This document shows, piece after piece, positions 1 to 13,892 of a DNA stretch of 64,000 nt. Made by a program: the position numbers and the translations under genes. Each line of letters starts with the position of its first letter. The stretch's first letter is position 1. This stretch comes from the human T2T-CHM13v2.0 reference genome, Homo sapiens. The stretch is taken from the NCBI RefSeq assembly GCF_009914755.1, contig NC_060926.1; one strand, written 5' to 3'. Under the pieces are notes generated by a model that made no database searches, had not been told where the DNA came from, and saw only the letters and a program-made list of their open reading frames with translations.

Positions 1-3000
1 AAGCATGCAGATGGACCAGGATGCTATTTAAAACATCATTTGTAGGAAATCTGCTTTTGGAAATACCTTAGCACTGCACATTTTCATAGAATGCTGTCCT
101 CCCTGGCTTTATCCCTGGTATTCATTCTTCAGGAAAGATATTCCTGAAATTGAATTTAGCTTTCTGGTTTTCAGAATTATTTTTCTCAACTTTTTCATAA
201 TGGATATATTCTCTCTCTTTTGCCTCCTCTTTCCCCACTTGGCTAGATTTAGTTCCCCAGCAGCCAAGGGGTAACTTGAGAGTTTTTTTGTTTTTGTTTT
301 TGTTTTTGTTTTACTGAATTAGTCGTGCCCAAATAAATGGAGTTGGGGCAGAGGAAAAGCCCATTCTCTTCCCCATTAGAAATTCATCCTTTGTGTACTT
401 AGAAGGAGGCAGGAAAATGGAGAGCCTGCCAATTAGGCATCGCCCCACTCTCCAAGCTCCTTCACCCCACTGCGGGTGTGGTGGACGCCCAGGGGCTTTC
501 CTTGTCTCCCCTGCAAGGATGGTCTCAGCTGCCCCTTCATTAGCAGATCTTTCGTTCAGATATCTGTATTTAATGTGCAGATTCCCCCTCATTCACGGTG
601 CGTCAGCGCAGCTCTCTGGGCTGTTGGGGTTGAAGTAGTTGAGTGAACCGTGCCAAATAGATTTGTCAAGTCTGCCGCAGTTTGATTTGATGCCATGGGG
701 GGAGGTGGGGGTTGGGGAGGGACTTGGGGGCAGTGGAGGAAGAGGCTTCGTCCATGCCGAGTGCCACCACTGAGTTTCTCTTTGTAGCTGCTGGATGGTG
801 GGCACTGTGCCAAGCTAACTGGTGCTAAGTGGTGGGCTTGAAAGTGAAATTCAGACAACAGGAGTTAGCAGAAAAGCAAAGCAGAGATGAAGGCAACCGC
901 CTGCTCTGCTCTGCTCTGCTCAGAGCAGAGGGAAGGTTTGCAAATGCCTTCCCGGCGTGCAGGGAAGGAAGAGGGAATAGTGACATTTGGGACAGAAATG
1001 TGGGAACTCGATTTCAACTCCCTGGTCACTGTCAACAGCAATGCAGCATACCAAAGACCAGGGAATTGGGGAAGTCAGAGAAAAACAAGTTTAATGAGTG
1101 CTCAAGGTGGCGGGGGAGGGCTGTCCTATGTCTTTGCAAAACACTGTTTACAATGTGGACCCAGATGGGGCTGAGGCAAGGCCTAGGCCTCTGAAAGAAT
1201 GCCTTCCTTTTTACTGCCAGTGGGTGAGAAAGACTAAGGAACTCTTTTCCAGCCTCCCCTAGCCAGGCAGCAGCCTGTTCTTGGTCTCTTCCCATCCAAC
1301 AGGTCATCATGAGGTCGCCTATGAGAAAGTGGTCAGTCACACTGTTGCTGGGGCATTGCAAGCCTCCTCCTGGCAAACGCAGCCTGGTTACACAGGCCAC
1401 ATGCACAGCACATCCCAAATCTTTATCCAATTCCACATGCCATAAATATGGAACCTATGATTCTCATACAGGGTGGGCCCGCCTTATGTATATTTATGGC
1501 ATAACCACAAGGCAGAGAGCTCATCTGCCTGATGGAATCCATATCCAACCCACGTGCTCCTTTAGATTATACAAATTGCTTTGCATACATTTCTTCAGAA
1601 ACCACAAGCAGAAATTACTGCTTTTGGTTTCCCCAGCTATATTAATAACACCCTAGATGCAGACATGGCATTGTTAATAAAACAGTAGAAGGTTCATGTA
1701 TGTTTACATAATTATAGGCACAATTATGTACATACACACCAAGAAGGGCGCATGGAGAGCAATGGGAAGAGCTCAGAGGCACAAGGTCTTGGTCTAGTTC
1801 CTGCCCTCCTGAGATGCTGATTCCATGATTCTGCACTGGGGATAGGCTGTGCCTCGGGAATGGAACCACAGCTGGTGACAGGACACGGGGGAGAGAGACT
1901 ACTGCCCTTATTTGTCTAGGCAAAAGCCCTTATCTTCAGTTCCCTCTCATTCGGTAAACGTGGGGATCTCCCTTGTTGACACAGCTCTAGTTAGTCACAG
2001 TGTTTCTGGGCTATTCTGATGCATTTGGAAGAAATTTGGGCTAAAAGAGAAAGTCTGTGGGGTGCCAAATGCACGCTATTGGCCAGATCGAGGATGGATG
2101 GGTGAAGATAGGGATGAGGTAAGACTTGGGTCCAAGAATTTTCAGAATTACCCCACCAGGAGTGGAAGGAATGCACTGAGTTCATCACATTAATGTAAGG
2201 ATGACCTCCAAGGGACTCAGAAAATCCTCAGGCACCAGCTTATTCACTAGAGTATTTCACAGAGTTTCACAACTGTGGAACTGAAGCTCTTAGAGATTAA
2301 GTGCCTTGCTGCAGGGACTAGGAAACTGGAGCCTGCATGGACGGCGCCTGGTCACCAGACTTGGATGTCCAGACTGGCGCTCTCCACAATCCGCCCTAGG
2401 CCTTACTCTTCATCTTGAGGGAAATTGGCTTCCTACATGTTCAGTCCAAGGACTGAGAGGTACACATTTTCCTGGAAAGCCTCCTCTTCAGTGAAGTTCT
2501 GCATGCAGGATGAGCCTGTACATGGCTTAACCCACTAGGCTCATTATTGTGGAGCTGGGCTTCACCACAGAATCATGAGGATGGAGAGTTGAAAGGAGTT
2601 GCCATTTGTTTGATTTGGCCACATCCCTTCAAAACAAATAAACACTCCACTTCAAAAATCCTCTATCCCATATTTATTTTCTAAATTAAAACAAATCATT
2701 TTTAAATCAGAGACTTGGGAGGAGAGAAAGAGTGGTGTCAGAAAACCAAACCCTCAAATCAGTTGGCTAACAGCTAGAGGCACGTGATGTCTATTTTCAG
2801 ATCTTCTTAAACAGGGCACCGTGTGATCTTGGAAACATCTCTTAGTGGCTGCACGCCTCAGCGTTTCCACCCAGTCCAAATGGAATGGCGCTGCGGCTGC
2901 TATCGGCAAAGCACCTTGAGATCTGTAGATGGAAGGCTCTCCGCGGATATAATTAATGGAGTAGACCCACAAAGCTCTTCTTGAGCAGAAGCAAGTTATC

Positions 3001-4512
3001 AATTTAAAAAGTAAGAAGGCCCCATGGGATATTTATGGGCCTCTTTTAAAATCATAGGCCTGGAATGGACCATGATAAGTCATCCAGACCTTTCCCTGCA
3101 TCTGATGGGGCCTGCATTGAGCTGCCTCAGATAAATGTCATCCATCCCAGCCTCACTGTTCTCTTAGGGATGCAATTATGCTTCTACTTGATCATTTAAG
3201 TTTTCAGGAAAAACCTTTTTTTTAAAAAAACCTCCTGGCAGATGATGGGCTTCCCCTTATTCCTTTTGTGGTAGTAATTTTGTTTGTTGAATATGAGATG
3301 AGGACAATACCTCACACTGTAATGGGCACCAGCCTTCAGAAGTCATGTTGTGTGTGCTCTGAAGGGGGCTGATACCCCTTCCAAGTTCAAGTCCCTCAGT
3401 TTATCTGACCCTCTCAATTATAATGGAGAAGGATCCAGTGCCCTAGGTAATTAAGTTTGTCCCTTATCCATTTGCCATGGGATGAGCTCAGACCTTTAGC
3501 CTCTCCACTTAGGAAGCTCAGGGGAAAATTTCATTATACAGAAGCTTGAACCTTTTCTCTATCAGGCTCCCGCGGCCAGCGTCACCCAGCTCCCGTGGGT
3601 GCTGAACTGTCTCCAGTAGCTGAGGCGCGCCTCCCTGGCGCTGATAGCCTTGATGTTAAACTCCAAGGCCCCGGCTGTGCACAGAGGCCAGTGACAAGGA
3701 GCACACAGAGGGGATGTGGAAGGGCGCTGTGATTCTGCTTGGGCTGTGGAATCATGTTCCTTGCCCCAACCCCAACTAATGTAGATGAGCACTGGAGTGA
3801 AGCCCTCACCTGGTAGATTGTCCTGCTCTCTGATGTCACCTTGTCCCTGCTCCGGTTTGCAGAGCCTCCACCTGAAGAGGCAGGCAGGTGGCAGAGGTCT
3901 CTGGAACCTCACTCCCTGTTCCCTCAATCTCTCCCCACCTGGGAGTTAAAGGCACCTCCTTAAGAAAACCCAAACATCTGTGTTAGGAGGTTTCCAGGGG
4001 TGGAGGGCCCACCCCACCCAGCTAGAATGTCCTAGAATGTCCGAGTTTCTCCTTCCCTCTTCCTAGGACATTGACTGTTCCCCCCAAGCCCGCTCATTGC
4101 TCTGATCCTGTGCTCCTCCCCCGCCTGCTCTTCTCCAGCCCCACCCCTGAGCTGCCCTCCTCCCCGCTCCTCCCTGATGCGTTCCTGTCTCAAATCCTGA
4201 AACCCTAATCCTGTTAGTATGCTGTGTTCCAGGCCTCAGCGTCTCGATGGGGGTAACATAATCCCGCAGTAAATCTAGCGGGCCCCGCAGGCCCACACAG
4301 ATGGGGATGCGCACATCCCCGCCCCCCAGAACGCAGCCGCCCCTGTGCCTCTGTCTCCTCCTTCATGTAGGAAAGCTGCCTGATGACAAAAACAGCCCGA
4401 AAGTAAAGGAGGATGAGAGCAGAGGTCATCAGAGTCCTAAATGTGCATTTGGTTGTTAGACAGCTTCTTTGCCTACCGGCATCCCTACCTTCTCTTAATC
4501 TCTCTCTGTGTT

Positions 4513-4573
4513 TATATATATATATATACATATATCTATGTAAAGTATACACGTGCACACACACACACACACA
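4513..4573. repeat. Compound (TA)n/(CA)n microsatellite
   Basis: tatatatatatatacatatatc...cacacacacacacacaca. Confidence 0.85.
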
Positions 4574-5795
4574 TGCCTCTAACTCTATATCTGGCTAAGT
4601 TCCCACATCCACTAGAATGAAACAAGCTTTAAAACAAGTTTTTAAATTGTCTTTAAAGGGGAGTTTTAAAGGAGAAAGATCAGGACCATGATTCACAAAC
4701 AACAAAAAAAGCCCATTGCCTTCATATCATTTCCCACCGCCCCCCCCCCACCCCGCATCGCAACAGTTCCCTCCCCCTACTTGACTGTTTTGTGCAACAA
4801 ATTAATTAAACAGGATGGCATTCATTGATTAGCAATTTATTTTTACGTGTAGACCCAATGGCTGGTTTCAGAGCAGATGCAAGGGAAGGGGGTGGGAGAG
4901 GGAGGACACACAGATCTGCAGTCAGGGTGAGCGGATGAGTCAGCACATTTGTTCCTGACACTAGTTTTAAAAACATGCTTCTGGCTTCCCCCAGCCTCTG
5001 TCCTGCATTCCTGCCACTTTTCTCTTCTGCCTGCTTTGTTTTCCTCCTTCTTGAGTGTCTGTGCCAAGTACATTGAAAGGGAGAACTTTGGAGGCAATGA
5101 AACATTTATTAGTGGAGAGAAATATTTATTTTAAAAAAGAAGAGGAACATCTCGTGCACAATGTCTACCCCAGGGCTCCAGCACTGCGCTGTCTTGGAAA
5201 TATTTCCCTGCTTTCTTTGCAGTCCCTGGAGCTGGCTGACTTCAGATATTTACAGCAAAATAGAAGTAAACAGTAGTTCACACCATAGGTAATGAAGAGA
5301 TGGGAGTGTGCAAGCTGAGTGCTGAAGCGCTACTCACATGAGAGGTGGTGCACGTGAAGAGAGACTGTTTTTGTACCCCAAAGAGCCCGCCTCATTTGGG
5401 AAGGGTGAAACAGCCAGCCGTGTCTCTCCTCCAAGGAGCTCAAAGACTTGGACAGAATCTTCATCTTAGGCCCCAGAGGCAGGCATGATGACAGGTAGCA
5501 TCTACACTGTCCTGGGCACATGGGTATTGATAGCAAAGATGAATGGTATATAAGAAAAGGCTTTAGGCTGGGCAGAAAATTCCTCTGCCTAGAGGCCTAG
5601 AAGGTAGGAAGGCTGCAAAGCTCACTGTCCTCAGCTATGTCAGTCACTGCATATTCTTCAAAGACAACTTAAGGAGGGGTCAGCAAAGAAGAGGTGACTG
5701 TGACTAGAAATGGGGTGGGAAGCAGAGAAAATGTTCTGAGATGGCCTCAGAAACCATCAGTAATGCGTTCTGGCTGGATGCTTCTTATTAGATTT

Positions 5796-5898
5796 TATAT
5801 ATATATATAATTATATATATAATGTATATTATAGAATATATTCTATATAATATATAGAATGAATATATTCTATAATATATATTACATTGAATTATATT
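5796..5898. repeat. AT-rich low-complexity tract with nested palindromes
   Basis: 18-bp perfect palindrome at 5830-5847; 19-bp inverted arms at 5825-5843 and 5861-5879. Confidence 0.85.
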
Positions 5899-6383
5899 GT
5901 CCATGCCTTGTGGACTCACAGGAATGGTCAAAATGCACTGATTTTCTTTGCCTGGGAGTGTAGATAACAACCAAACTGGGATGCTGGATAGCAGCTGATT
6001 TAATTGGCAGGTCCCCCACTCCCCTAGAGGTGCAAATCAGAAAATCCAGGAAATGCTGATGGTTTTCAGGTTCTGGGCTACTGAAAACAAATCAGAGGTC
6101 TCAAGAATCAATTGAAAAATGCTGGATTATATTCAGAATTCAGAGAGGCACCCAATAGATTATCCAGACCACTTTGTGCCCTGAATCGCTTTTTAAACTT
6201 GGTTTGCAGAGATGCACTTGAAGAAATCTTTATGTTCAACTTAGCTCTTTTTAAATACGCACACACATATATTTTTAATAATTACAACATAATCAACACT
6301 AGCATCAGAAAGCTAGGGTCACCTTGAACATACTTGTGATTTTCCTTTGGGTAGTAAACAACCATACTAAGATCTTTCTTTTA

Positions 6384-6932
<549 letters not shown>

Positions 6933-7734
6933 TTACACGCTAACATTTGTCCTGGGTGCTATGCAAGCCTTGGAGGGAGGGCCAGTAAACTTAAGTGTCT
7001 ATCTGCAAGCCTATTATCGACTTTATTTTCCTGAAGGAGAAACCAAGGTATCTAAGGTTTATTGATTTGCCTATAATGATTCAGTGAGTTGTCAGGGAAT
7101 AGGGAATAAAACCAATTTCCTGGCGTCATTTCCCATGCACACAACCCCTTACCTTGCAATGCCTAGACTGGAAGCCAAGAATCCATCTCAGTGAATTTGA
7201 TCAGAAAACATATGAAGGGTGATTCTAAAACCACAGAAGCATTGAGAAAGTCATAAAGATGTATAATATATGATAGCATTTACTAGCTATAAATAGGGGA
7301 GATGCAGGGAGAAAAATAGAGACCTTGTAAACCCATTGGGTCAGGATAAATAGAAACTGCTTAATATTTCATTAAAAATGGATTTTCATAAATTGCACTT
7401 TGATATCTTTGGGCAAAAGACAATATGTAAGGACTAAGGCGTTGTTATTCATTACTCTTTGTTATTAATAATTTGAACTGGTATTGAACCAACACATCAA
7501 CAAGGTATAGTCGCCCTGTGAATGGGGCACTCCCCATGTGTTCTGGGCACTATTCAAAGTGTATAAAAAGTCCACAGCCACCGTCTGCAAAAGCACTTAG
7601 GCTGTAAGGGACAACGGGTAACTAAAGTGCCCTGTTGCAAAATGGACACTGTTAGAGCAGTTCAAACCACAAAAAGTCATGCGAAGAAAGGTTTAGAAGC
7701 AGGGGACCAGAGAGAACCCTACAAATCAACTCAT

Positions 7735-7845
7735 ACAATCCCCTCATTTAACAGAGGAGGAAATTGGGGCCCGAGGGAGGTAGAGATATTTGCCCACACT
7801 TATGAGCTAATTAGCCGCAGAGCACAGCTCCTGGCTTCTGATTCA
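7735..7845 (-). mobile_element. MIR core fragment
   Basis: CCTCATTTAACAGAGGAGGAAATTGGGGCCCGAG...TTGCCCA. Confidence 0.6.
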
Positions 7846-8720
7846 GTAGTGTTTTGTGTGTGTGTGTTGTTTTTCCCACTATACCACACTCAGAGTGAGA
7901 GGTGTGTTAAAAAATCTAATAAGATGGTGTTCCTTCACCATCCAAAGAACAGAAGGCAGATGTGAACACAAAGTCAAGAGCAGACAAGAAAACAGTTCAG
8001 GAACTAGGCTTGGAAACGTGAAGGGTAATTTGAAGCTAAGTTGAAAAGATCCTTCATTTGATTCAAGGGTGGGAGAAGAGTGGGCAAAATGAAAGGGCAG
8101 ACTGAAGTTCAATTGAAGCAGTCAGGTAGATGGCCTAGGGGACACAAACTGTGTGCTTGCCTCCCTTCCTGAGTGGTGCTACTGTAAGCAGAGATTAGGG
8201 GGTTCACCCAGAGCCTGTGGCCACATGTATCCATGGGAAGACTGACCCCCTCCCTCAGCTCATACATGCGAGTGCGTGCAGCCCATGCCCATGTGAGCCA
8301 CACTCATGCACACACCGCCATCCCAAAGACAGTCCAAATACACAATCATTTACTCATTGAGGAAAGAAAAGGTCTCTTAGCGTTGCCTGCCAAGGCTGAG
8401 AAATGCAGGGGTCGGATAAGATAAAATTGGATATTAACAACACATAAGACATGCTGTGTTTCTAAACGGTACCAGCGTGGTGTGTATGCTGTGGATTAGC
8501 GGCAGTGTTAAAGTTCAGATCCACTCAACTTTCCAATTATGCATTCACGTGACAAGTAAAGCTTTTTTCACCCAATGTGAACTCCTTAGCGTCTCCTGAT
8601 GGCGACCACACACACAGTCCCCATCACCATCTTCAGAGAGCAAGCCAGTGGAGGCCCCCCTGCTGCTGCTCACAACACCCATCCGAAATAAGCAAAGTGC
8701 TGCATTTGCTTCTTCCTTTC

Positions 8721-8760
8721 CAAAACAAAACAAAGCAAAGCAAAACAAAACAAAACAGAA
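8721..8760. repeat. (CAAAA)n-type pentanucleotide repeat
   Basis: caaaacaaaacaaagcaaagcaaaacaaaacaaaacagaa. Confidence 0.8.
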
Positions 8761-10858
8761 AGCCTCTGCCTCATGCTGAATTCTCAGAGAACTGATGAAT
8801 CTCTTTTCTTTGGATCCAGTTCCCCATCCCTTTCCTGAGAGCTGTGGAGCCCTTTATCAGTACGAAGGAAGTAGGGTCAGTCACCACTCCCCTTGGGCCT
8901 TCTCCAGGGTGTCTGGCCCTAACCTTCTTTCCTTCCCTTTGCTTGGCTTTTCTCCTTCCCTCGCTAACTTGGTCTTCTCACTCCTTCTCATCCACAATCG
9001 CTATACAGGAAGCAGCAAAATCAAACCTGGGAGAGAGGCATGACTAACAAGTTCTTTCCCGGTGCTCCCTGCTGTCAACCTTAGGACCCGGGTGGGAGGA
9101 CTTCCCAGGGGAGGAGAGGGAGCAGCAGGCTGGGTGCGCAGGGGGCACCCCCAGATTTGGTGGACTTCGCACCAGATCAATGGTTTAAACTGAATATGGT
9201 GGACCAGCGAAAATCTGCTTCCCTGTTTGTCTTCAGCCAGCCACTTCCCTTCATTTACTTGCAAAAGGTATGGTGTCTTCAGTGGTGTGTTATTAAATGG
9301 CTCTAACTTTTAACCTTAGCAAGCAGGAAATAGGGCTGTTAAATGATGGAGTTCACAGTTCATGGGGAAGAAAGGACTGTGTTGTCAATTGGCTGTAGAC
9401 TTCTGTGCTGCTCTTTGCCATTACTCAAAGCCATTCTAAGGTGGGATTATAAACTCACACTGGAAACACATCACTGGACAGTGACTCTACCTCCATTCAG
9501 CCCATGCCTGGAGACTTTAAGGGCCCCATGACTCCCAGCCACCAGCATAAACACTGCAAATGTGTTAGAAGAAACTACAAGCTTAAAACCTAAAAACTTG
9601 GCAAGGATGTTGGATCCAGACAGGCATCTCTGAGCCTCAGTTTCCTTATCCAATGAAGTGGAGATAAGAATATCTACCTTCTGGGGTACTATAGATATAA
9701 TTGTTTATACTCAAAGATATTTTGTTGCATCTGGCTGAAAAGTCTTCAAATATACCAGTTTCCCCAGTTCTCTTGTCCCAGCCCTGTTGGTGCCCCCAAA
9801 CACTTGGCATGGTCTGAATATCAGGAGCCGAAACATCTAGTTCTCCTAAGCAGGAGAAGTCGCTGATGGTTGCAGAGTTGGCTGTAAGTAGATTTACAGA
9901 GTCCCTTGGTTGTTACAGCTATGACAGAAATGATTTAGAAGTGATGGTTGGTTAGTTGGTTTTTCCCTCTACCCTTATTCAGGAAAACCAAGGGAAACTC
10001 ACATATACTTTGCTCTAGTTACTTTTTTTTTTTTTTTTTTTTGAGCAGAGAGCACAAAAAAGCATAAGGTCCATATGGCAGTTATTGATCTGGGCCATCT
10101 GGAAAGCCAGGACTTGCTCCCACCATGTAGGATCAGAAGCTGTTCCAAAAAGCCTTCCCTCCCATAAGAGATGTATTGGTCAGATGGGGACAGGGATGGA
10201 TTTCATTACAGGGCGGGACTACAGTGAGAGGAAGCTGGAGCAGGACTCTGAAGGACTGTCTGCAACCCTGACCCTGCCACAAAGATCAGAGAGAACCAAG
10301 AAAGTGTTGATTGACACAGGGCCATTGTAGGTAGAGGGTGCCCCTCATCATCTTGTCCGCTCATGGGTGGGATGGCATCAAGTAACTAACAAAAACAACC
10401 GTGAAGCACTTTGCAATTAGAAAATGCTCTGCAAATATTCCTAGGTGCCTGCAACATGAGGAAGAGGGAGTGTCAAGTTCAAGCTAGTGAGTGAGGTCTG
10501 GTAGCCCTAAAAGATGATATTTTTACTTCATTTTAAACAGATATTCTACTTTTCTCTTTCTTCCTTAGCTTCTCAAGTGTTTTCCTTCTTCTGCCTGCTC
10601 TCAGCCTGGAGGCAAAATTTTCCTTCCCTCTAAAAGTTTCTGGGAAGACCACTGATAATTTTCAAGTAGAACAGTGTGAGAAATTAATTTTTTTTACAGT
10701 GTTTCTTTAAAAAGCCCAAAACAACATACCCACTGATTATTTTTAAGCTTGAGGGAAAGAAAATTTGACAGAACTTTCCCATCCCCTTCAAAGACTGCTC
10801 AAGTGGCTGAACTACAAACAGGGGTTTCAATAACATGGTTTTGCATCTTACGCTACAG

Positions 10859-11003
10859 GTATTTCAAGCCAACAACGATGCAACTGAGGTGGTTCTGAAC
10901 AAGCTCCACGCTCCACTGCTGACAAGGTTTGTTAGAATCCGCCCTCAGACCTGGCACTCAGGTATCGCCCTCCGGCTGGAGCTCTTCGGCTGCCGGGTCA
11001 CAG
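10859..11003 (+). CDS. NRP2: NRP2 exon 8 (145 nt, phase 0-1), C-terminal part of the b1 F5/8 type C domain
   Basis: ctacag|GTATTT ... ACAG|gtgagg; encodes VFQANNDATEVVLNKLHAPLLTRFVRIRPQTWHSGIALRLELFGCRVT. Confidence 0.97.
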
Positions 11004-11149
11004 GTGAGGTGGGGGCTCCAATGAGGTTGGGGTGCTGATTGAGCCCTAGGCTCTGCTCCCTTTCAACTCTCTGCAAACAGCATGACTGCACCACATGACC
11101 TTCCCAGAAAGACTGGCTCAAGGACTCAAGTCCTACCAGAGTTTGTCTT

Positions 11150-11760
11150 TTCATTCATTCATTCAGTATACATTTATTAAGCATCTACGATTTCTATTAA
11201 TAGCTAACATTTATGGAATGCTAACTAGGTACAGATGCCATTCTAAGCACCTAAGATGTAACATATTTTATTATCCTCATAAGGACTCCATGGGTATTAT
11301 TCTCCTCACTTTACAGATGAGGAAACCAAGACTTAAAGAGCTAGGTCACTCACCAGTAAGTGGTAGAGCCATGGTTTGAATCTAGGCAGTTCCAGTCCAA
11401 AGCCCTTGCTTTCAAATAACACTCTCTGCTGCCTCAACCGGGGGCCAAGAGCTGTGCATGGTGCTGTGGACACAAAGGTGGACACAACAGACTGTTCTGT
11501 GTGGGCATATGGACAAGTTGGGCAGACATACTGATAAACTCATAAATAAATATAAAATCAAAACTATGATCAATGTCTGGACATAGAGGCTTATGGTCCT
11601 TGGAAGTACATCGTAGGGGATTTGACCCAGCCTAGGAGCTCAAGGAAGACTTCTTTGAGGAGGTGATGATTGAGGTGAGGTTAGAAGGCAAATAACAGAC
11701 ATTACCTGGTGAAGAAGGGAGGGAAGGTGCACCAGGCAATGGTCACAGCTTTCTCAATGG
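11150..11760 (-). mobile_element. L2 3' end interrupted by a MIR (about 11199-11435)
   Basis: (CATT)n...CATTTATTAAGCATCTAC L2 tail; MIR core TTTACAGATGAGGAAACCAAG; L2-like GGAAGACTTCTTTGAGGAGGTGAT resumes after it. Confidence 0.65.
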
Positions 11761-12139
11761 CACGGTGGCAAGAGGGACCAAAAGAGGAAGTGAGGAGCAT
11801 GGACACAGCTTGTGGGCTGAAACCCAAGGCATGTAGATTGGAGAAGACCAGAGTGGGAGTTGGGACATTATAGGAGGCAATGCAGGGGGTGCAGATGGGA
11901 GATGATGATGGCTGGATTAGCCCCAGAAATTTATGGACAGACCAATCCCCTTTATCTTGTGGGCTCAGCCCAGGGCAGGCAAGTTGCCTCTTTGACCTGG
12001 AAGTGTCTTCAGTGTACATCCATCCACGTGCCTTTCCCCTAATCATTCCAGCTCTGACAGGGAGTGCTCCAAGGTCTGACCCTGTTTGAGGTTTCTAGTT
12101 AAAACACCTTGTGTTTGTACAGTCTCTGCATCTCCACAT

Positions 12140-12330
12140 GCCTTTCTTGTTTATCATCTTGCCTACACTTTCTAACAACCCTGTGAGGTAAGGTGGGCCA
12201 GGGACTGATAAGGAAACCAAGACTCAAAGAGGCTAAATAGCTTGCCCAAAGTCATTCAACTAGGAGGTGACAGAGCCAGGATCTGAACCCACGTTTTCTC
12301 AATTCAAATTCTCTGCTCTTACCACATTTA
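12140..12330 (-). mobile_element. MIR
   Basis: AACAACCCTGTGAGGTA...GATAAGGAAACCAAGACTCAAAGAGG...CTTGCCCAAAGTCA...CAGAGCCAGGATCTGAACCCA. Confidence 0.7.
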
Positions 12331-12579
12331 CACAAAGACCCATTTTCTTCTAATGGGATCAGTTTATGCTAATCCTGTCTAGGGGACTATTTTCTGTCCC
12401 TTCCCTGTTGCTGTTCCAGGATAATCAGCAAAGATTTAGGTAGAGGTCATTCTCTGGAAGATTGAAAGGAGAGAACCAGTGATTTTGAAGAAGGGGAACA
12501 ACGTGGAGGATCTTTTTTATCCATAGCTCAGTTTGCAAGTATGAAATGCACATTGACTATAGACCCTGCCTTGCCTGAC

Positions 12580-12965
12580 ATCATTTATTCATGCATTCTC
12601 CACTCAATCATTTGTTCCACACATCTGATGTGCCAGGCACACACTGGGAATGGGACATAGAGACAGGAACAAAATAGATGGGGTCTCTGACATCGTAGAA
12701 CTTTCAGGCTACTGAGCAAGATAGATAATAAACAAATGCAAGTACTGGATAAACTAGAATGTGCACATGAAGGAAAAGAACAGGGTGCTCTGAGGGAAAC
12801 CAATTTAGTGAGGATTGAAAATTTGGGAACAGCTTTTCTGTGGATATGACACTTGAGCTTGGGGGTAAGAAAATGTTAGTCTGGGGGTGACTGAAGGGAA
12901 AAGCATTTGGGGTAATGGGAACAGCATGTGGGAAGGATCCAAGGCAGTAAAGAGCAGTTATTTGG
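12580..12965 (-). mobile_element. L2 fragment
   Basis: CATTTATTCATGCATTC...TGTGCCAGGCAC...GGGAACAGCATGTGGGAAGG, typical of the L2 3' region. Confidence 0.6.
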
Positions 12966-13159
12966 GAAGTAAAGACCTGATACTGATGCCAGGAAGGTTT
13001 CCTTCTACTTGGCAAAACAATTACTAGGAAATAATTCAATGTTTAGCTCAGTTCCCCTGTTCTCAGTGTCCCTGATAGGGTCAGTGGGGACTAGTGTCAT
13101 CGACAGGGATGTGCAGACACACATTCTGAGAGTCCTTGGTTAGAGCTGTAAGCACAAAT

Positions 13160-13405
13160 AGTTAATGGCCATTGGATACTTAAATATGCCAGGCACCATC
13201 CTGTGAGCTCTTAGTAACTAACAGAATCCTTGCAACAGCCCTCAAGAGGTAGGCACCTCTATTAGCTCCCCTTTAGATCTAAGGAAACTGAGGCAAAGAG
13301 CAATTAAATAATTTGCCCAAGGCCCTCTGACTAGTAAGTGGCAGAGTGAACATGAACACAGGCAGTCTAGCTCTGAGTCCAGGCTCTTAACCACAGTGCT
13401 GTACA
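13160..13405 (-). mobile_element. MIR just upstream of exon 9
   Basis: TATGCCAGGCAC...AAGGAAACTGAGGCAAAGAG...TTGCCCAAGG...CTAGTAAGTGGCAGAG. Confidence 0.75.
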
Positions 13406-13542
13406 CATTCACCATGCAAAGAAATTAGTGCTGACTTAGTATTTGACAGTTGGGCTCTTTTGCAGCTCCCTTCTTATAGCGGGTGGTCCCTGGTTAGCAG
13501 GTGTCAGCCATGACCTCTTGTATCTTCCTCTCCTCTCTGCAG

Positions 13543-13892
13543 ATGCTCCCTGCTCCAACATGCTGGGGATGCTCTCAGGCCTCATTGCAGACTCCCAGAT
13601 CTCCGCCTCTTCCACCCAGGAATACCTCTGGAGCCCCAGTGCAGCCCGCCTGGTCAGCAGCCGCTCGGGCTGGTTCCCTCGAATCCCTCAGGCCCAGCCC
13701 GGTGAGGAGTGGCTTCAGGTAGATCTGGGAACACCCAAGACAGTGAAAGGTGTCATCATCCAGGGAGCCCGCGGAGGAGACAGTATCACTGCTGTGGAAG
13801 CCAGAGCATTTGTGCGCAAGTTCAAAGTCTCCTACAGCCTAAACGGCAAGGACTGGGAATACATTCAGGACCCCAGGACCCAGCAGCCAAAG
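13543..13892 (+). CDS. NRP2: NRP2 exon 9 (350 nt, phase 1-0), N-terminal part of the b2 domain
   Basis: ctctgcag|ATGCT ... CCAAAG|gtaggc; encodes (D)APCSNMLGMLSGLIADSQISASS...WLQVDLG...DPRTQQPK. Confidence 0.97.

Noticed and set aside
11004-11038. Short read-through tails after exon 8 (GEVGAPMRLGC) and exon 11 (GKHKLPPDGMGAD) as soluble isoforms
   Set aside because: Any intron yields such a tail; the donors are strong and there is no closely linked, well-formed poly(A) site
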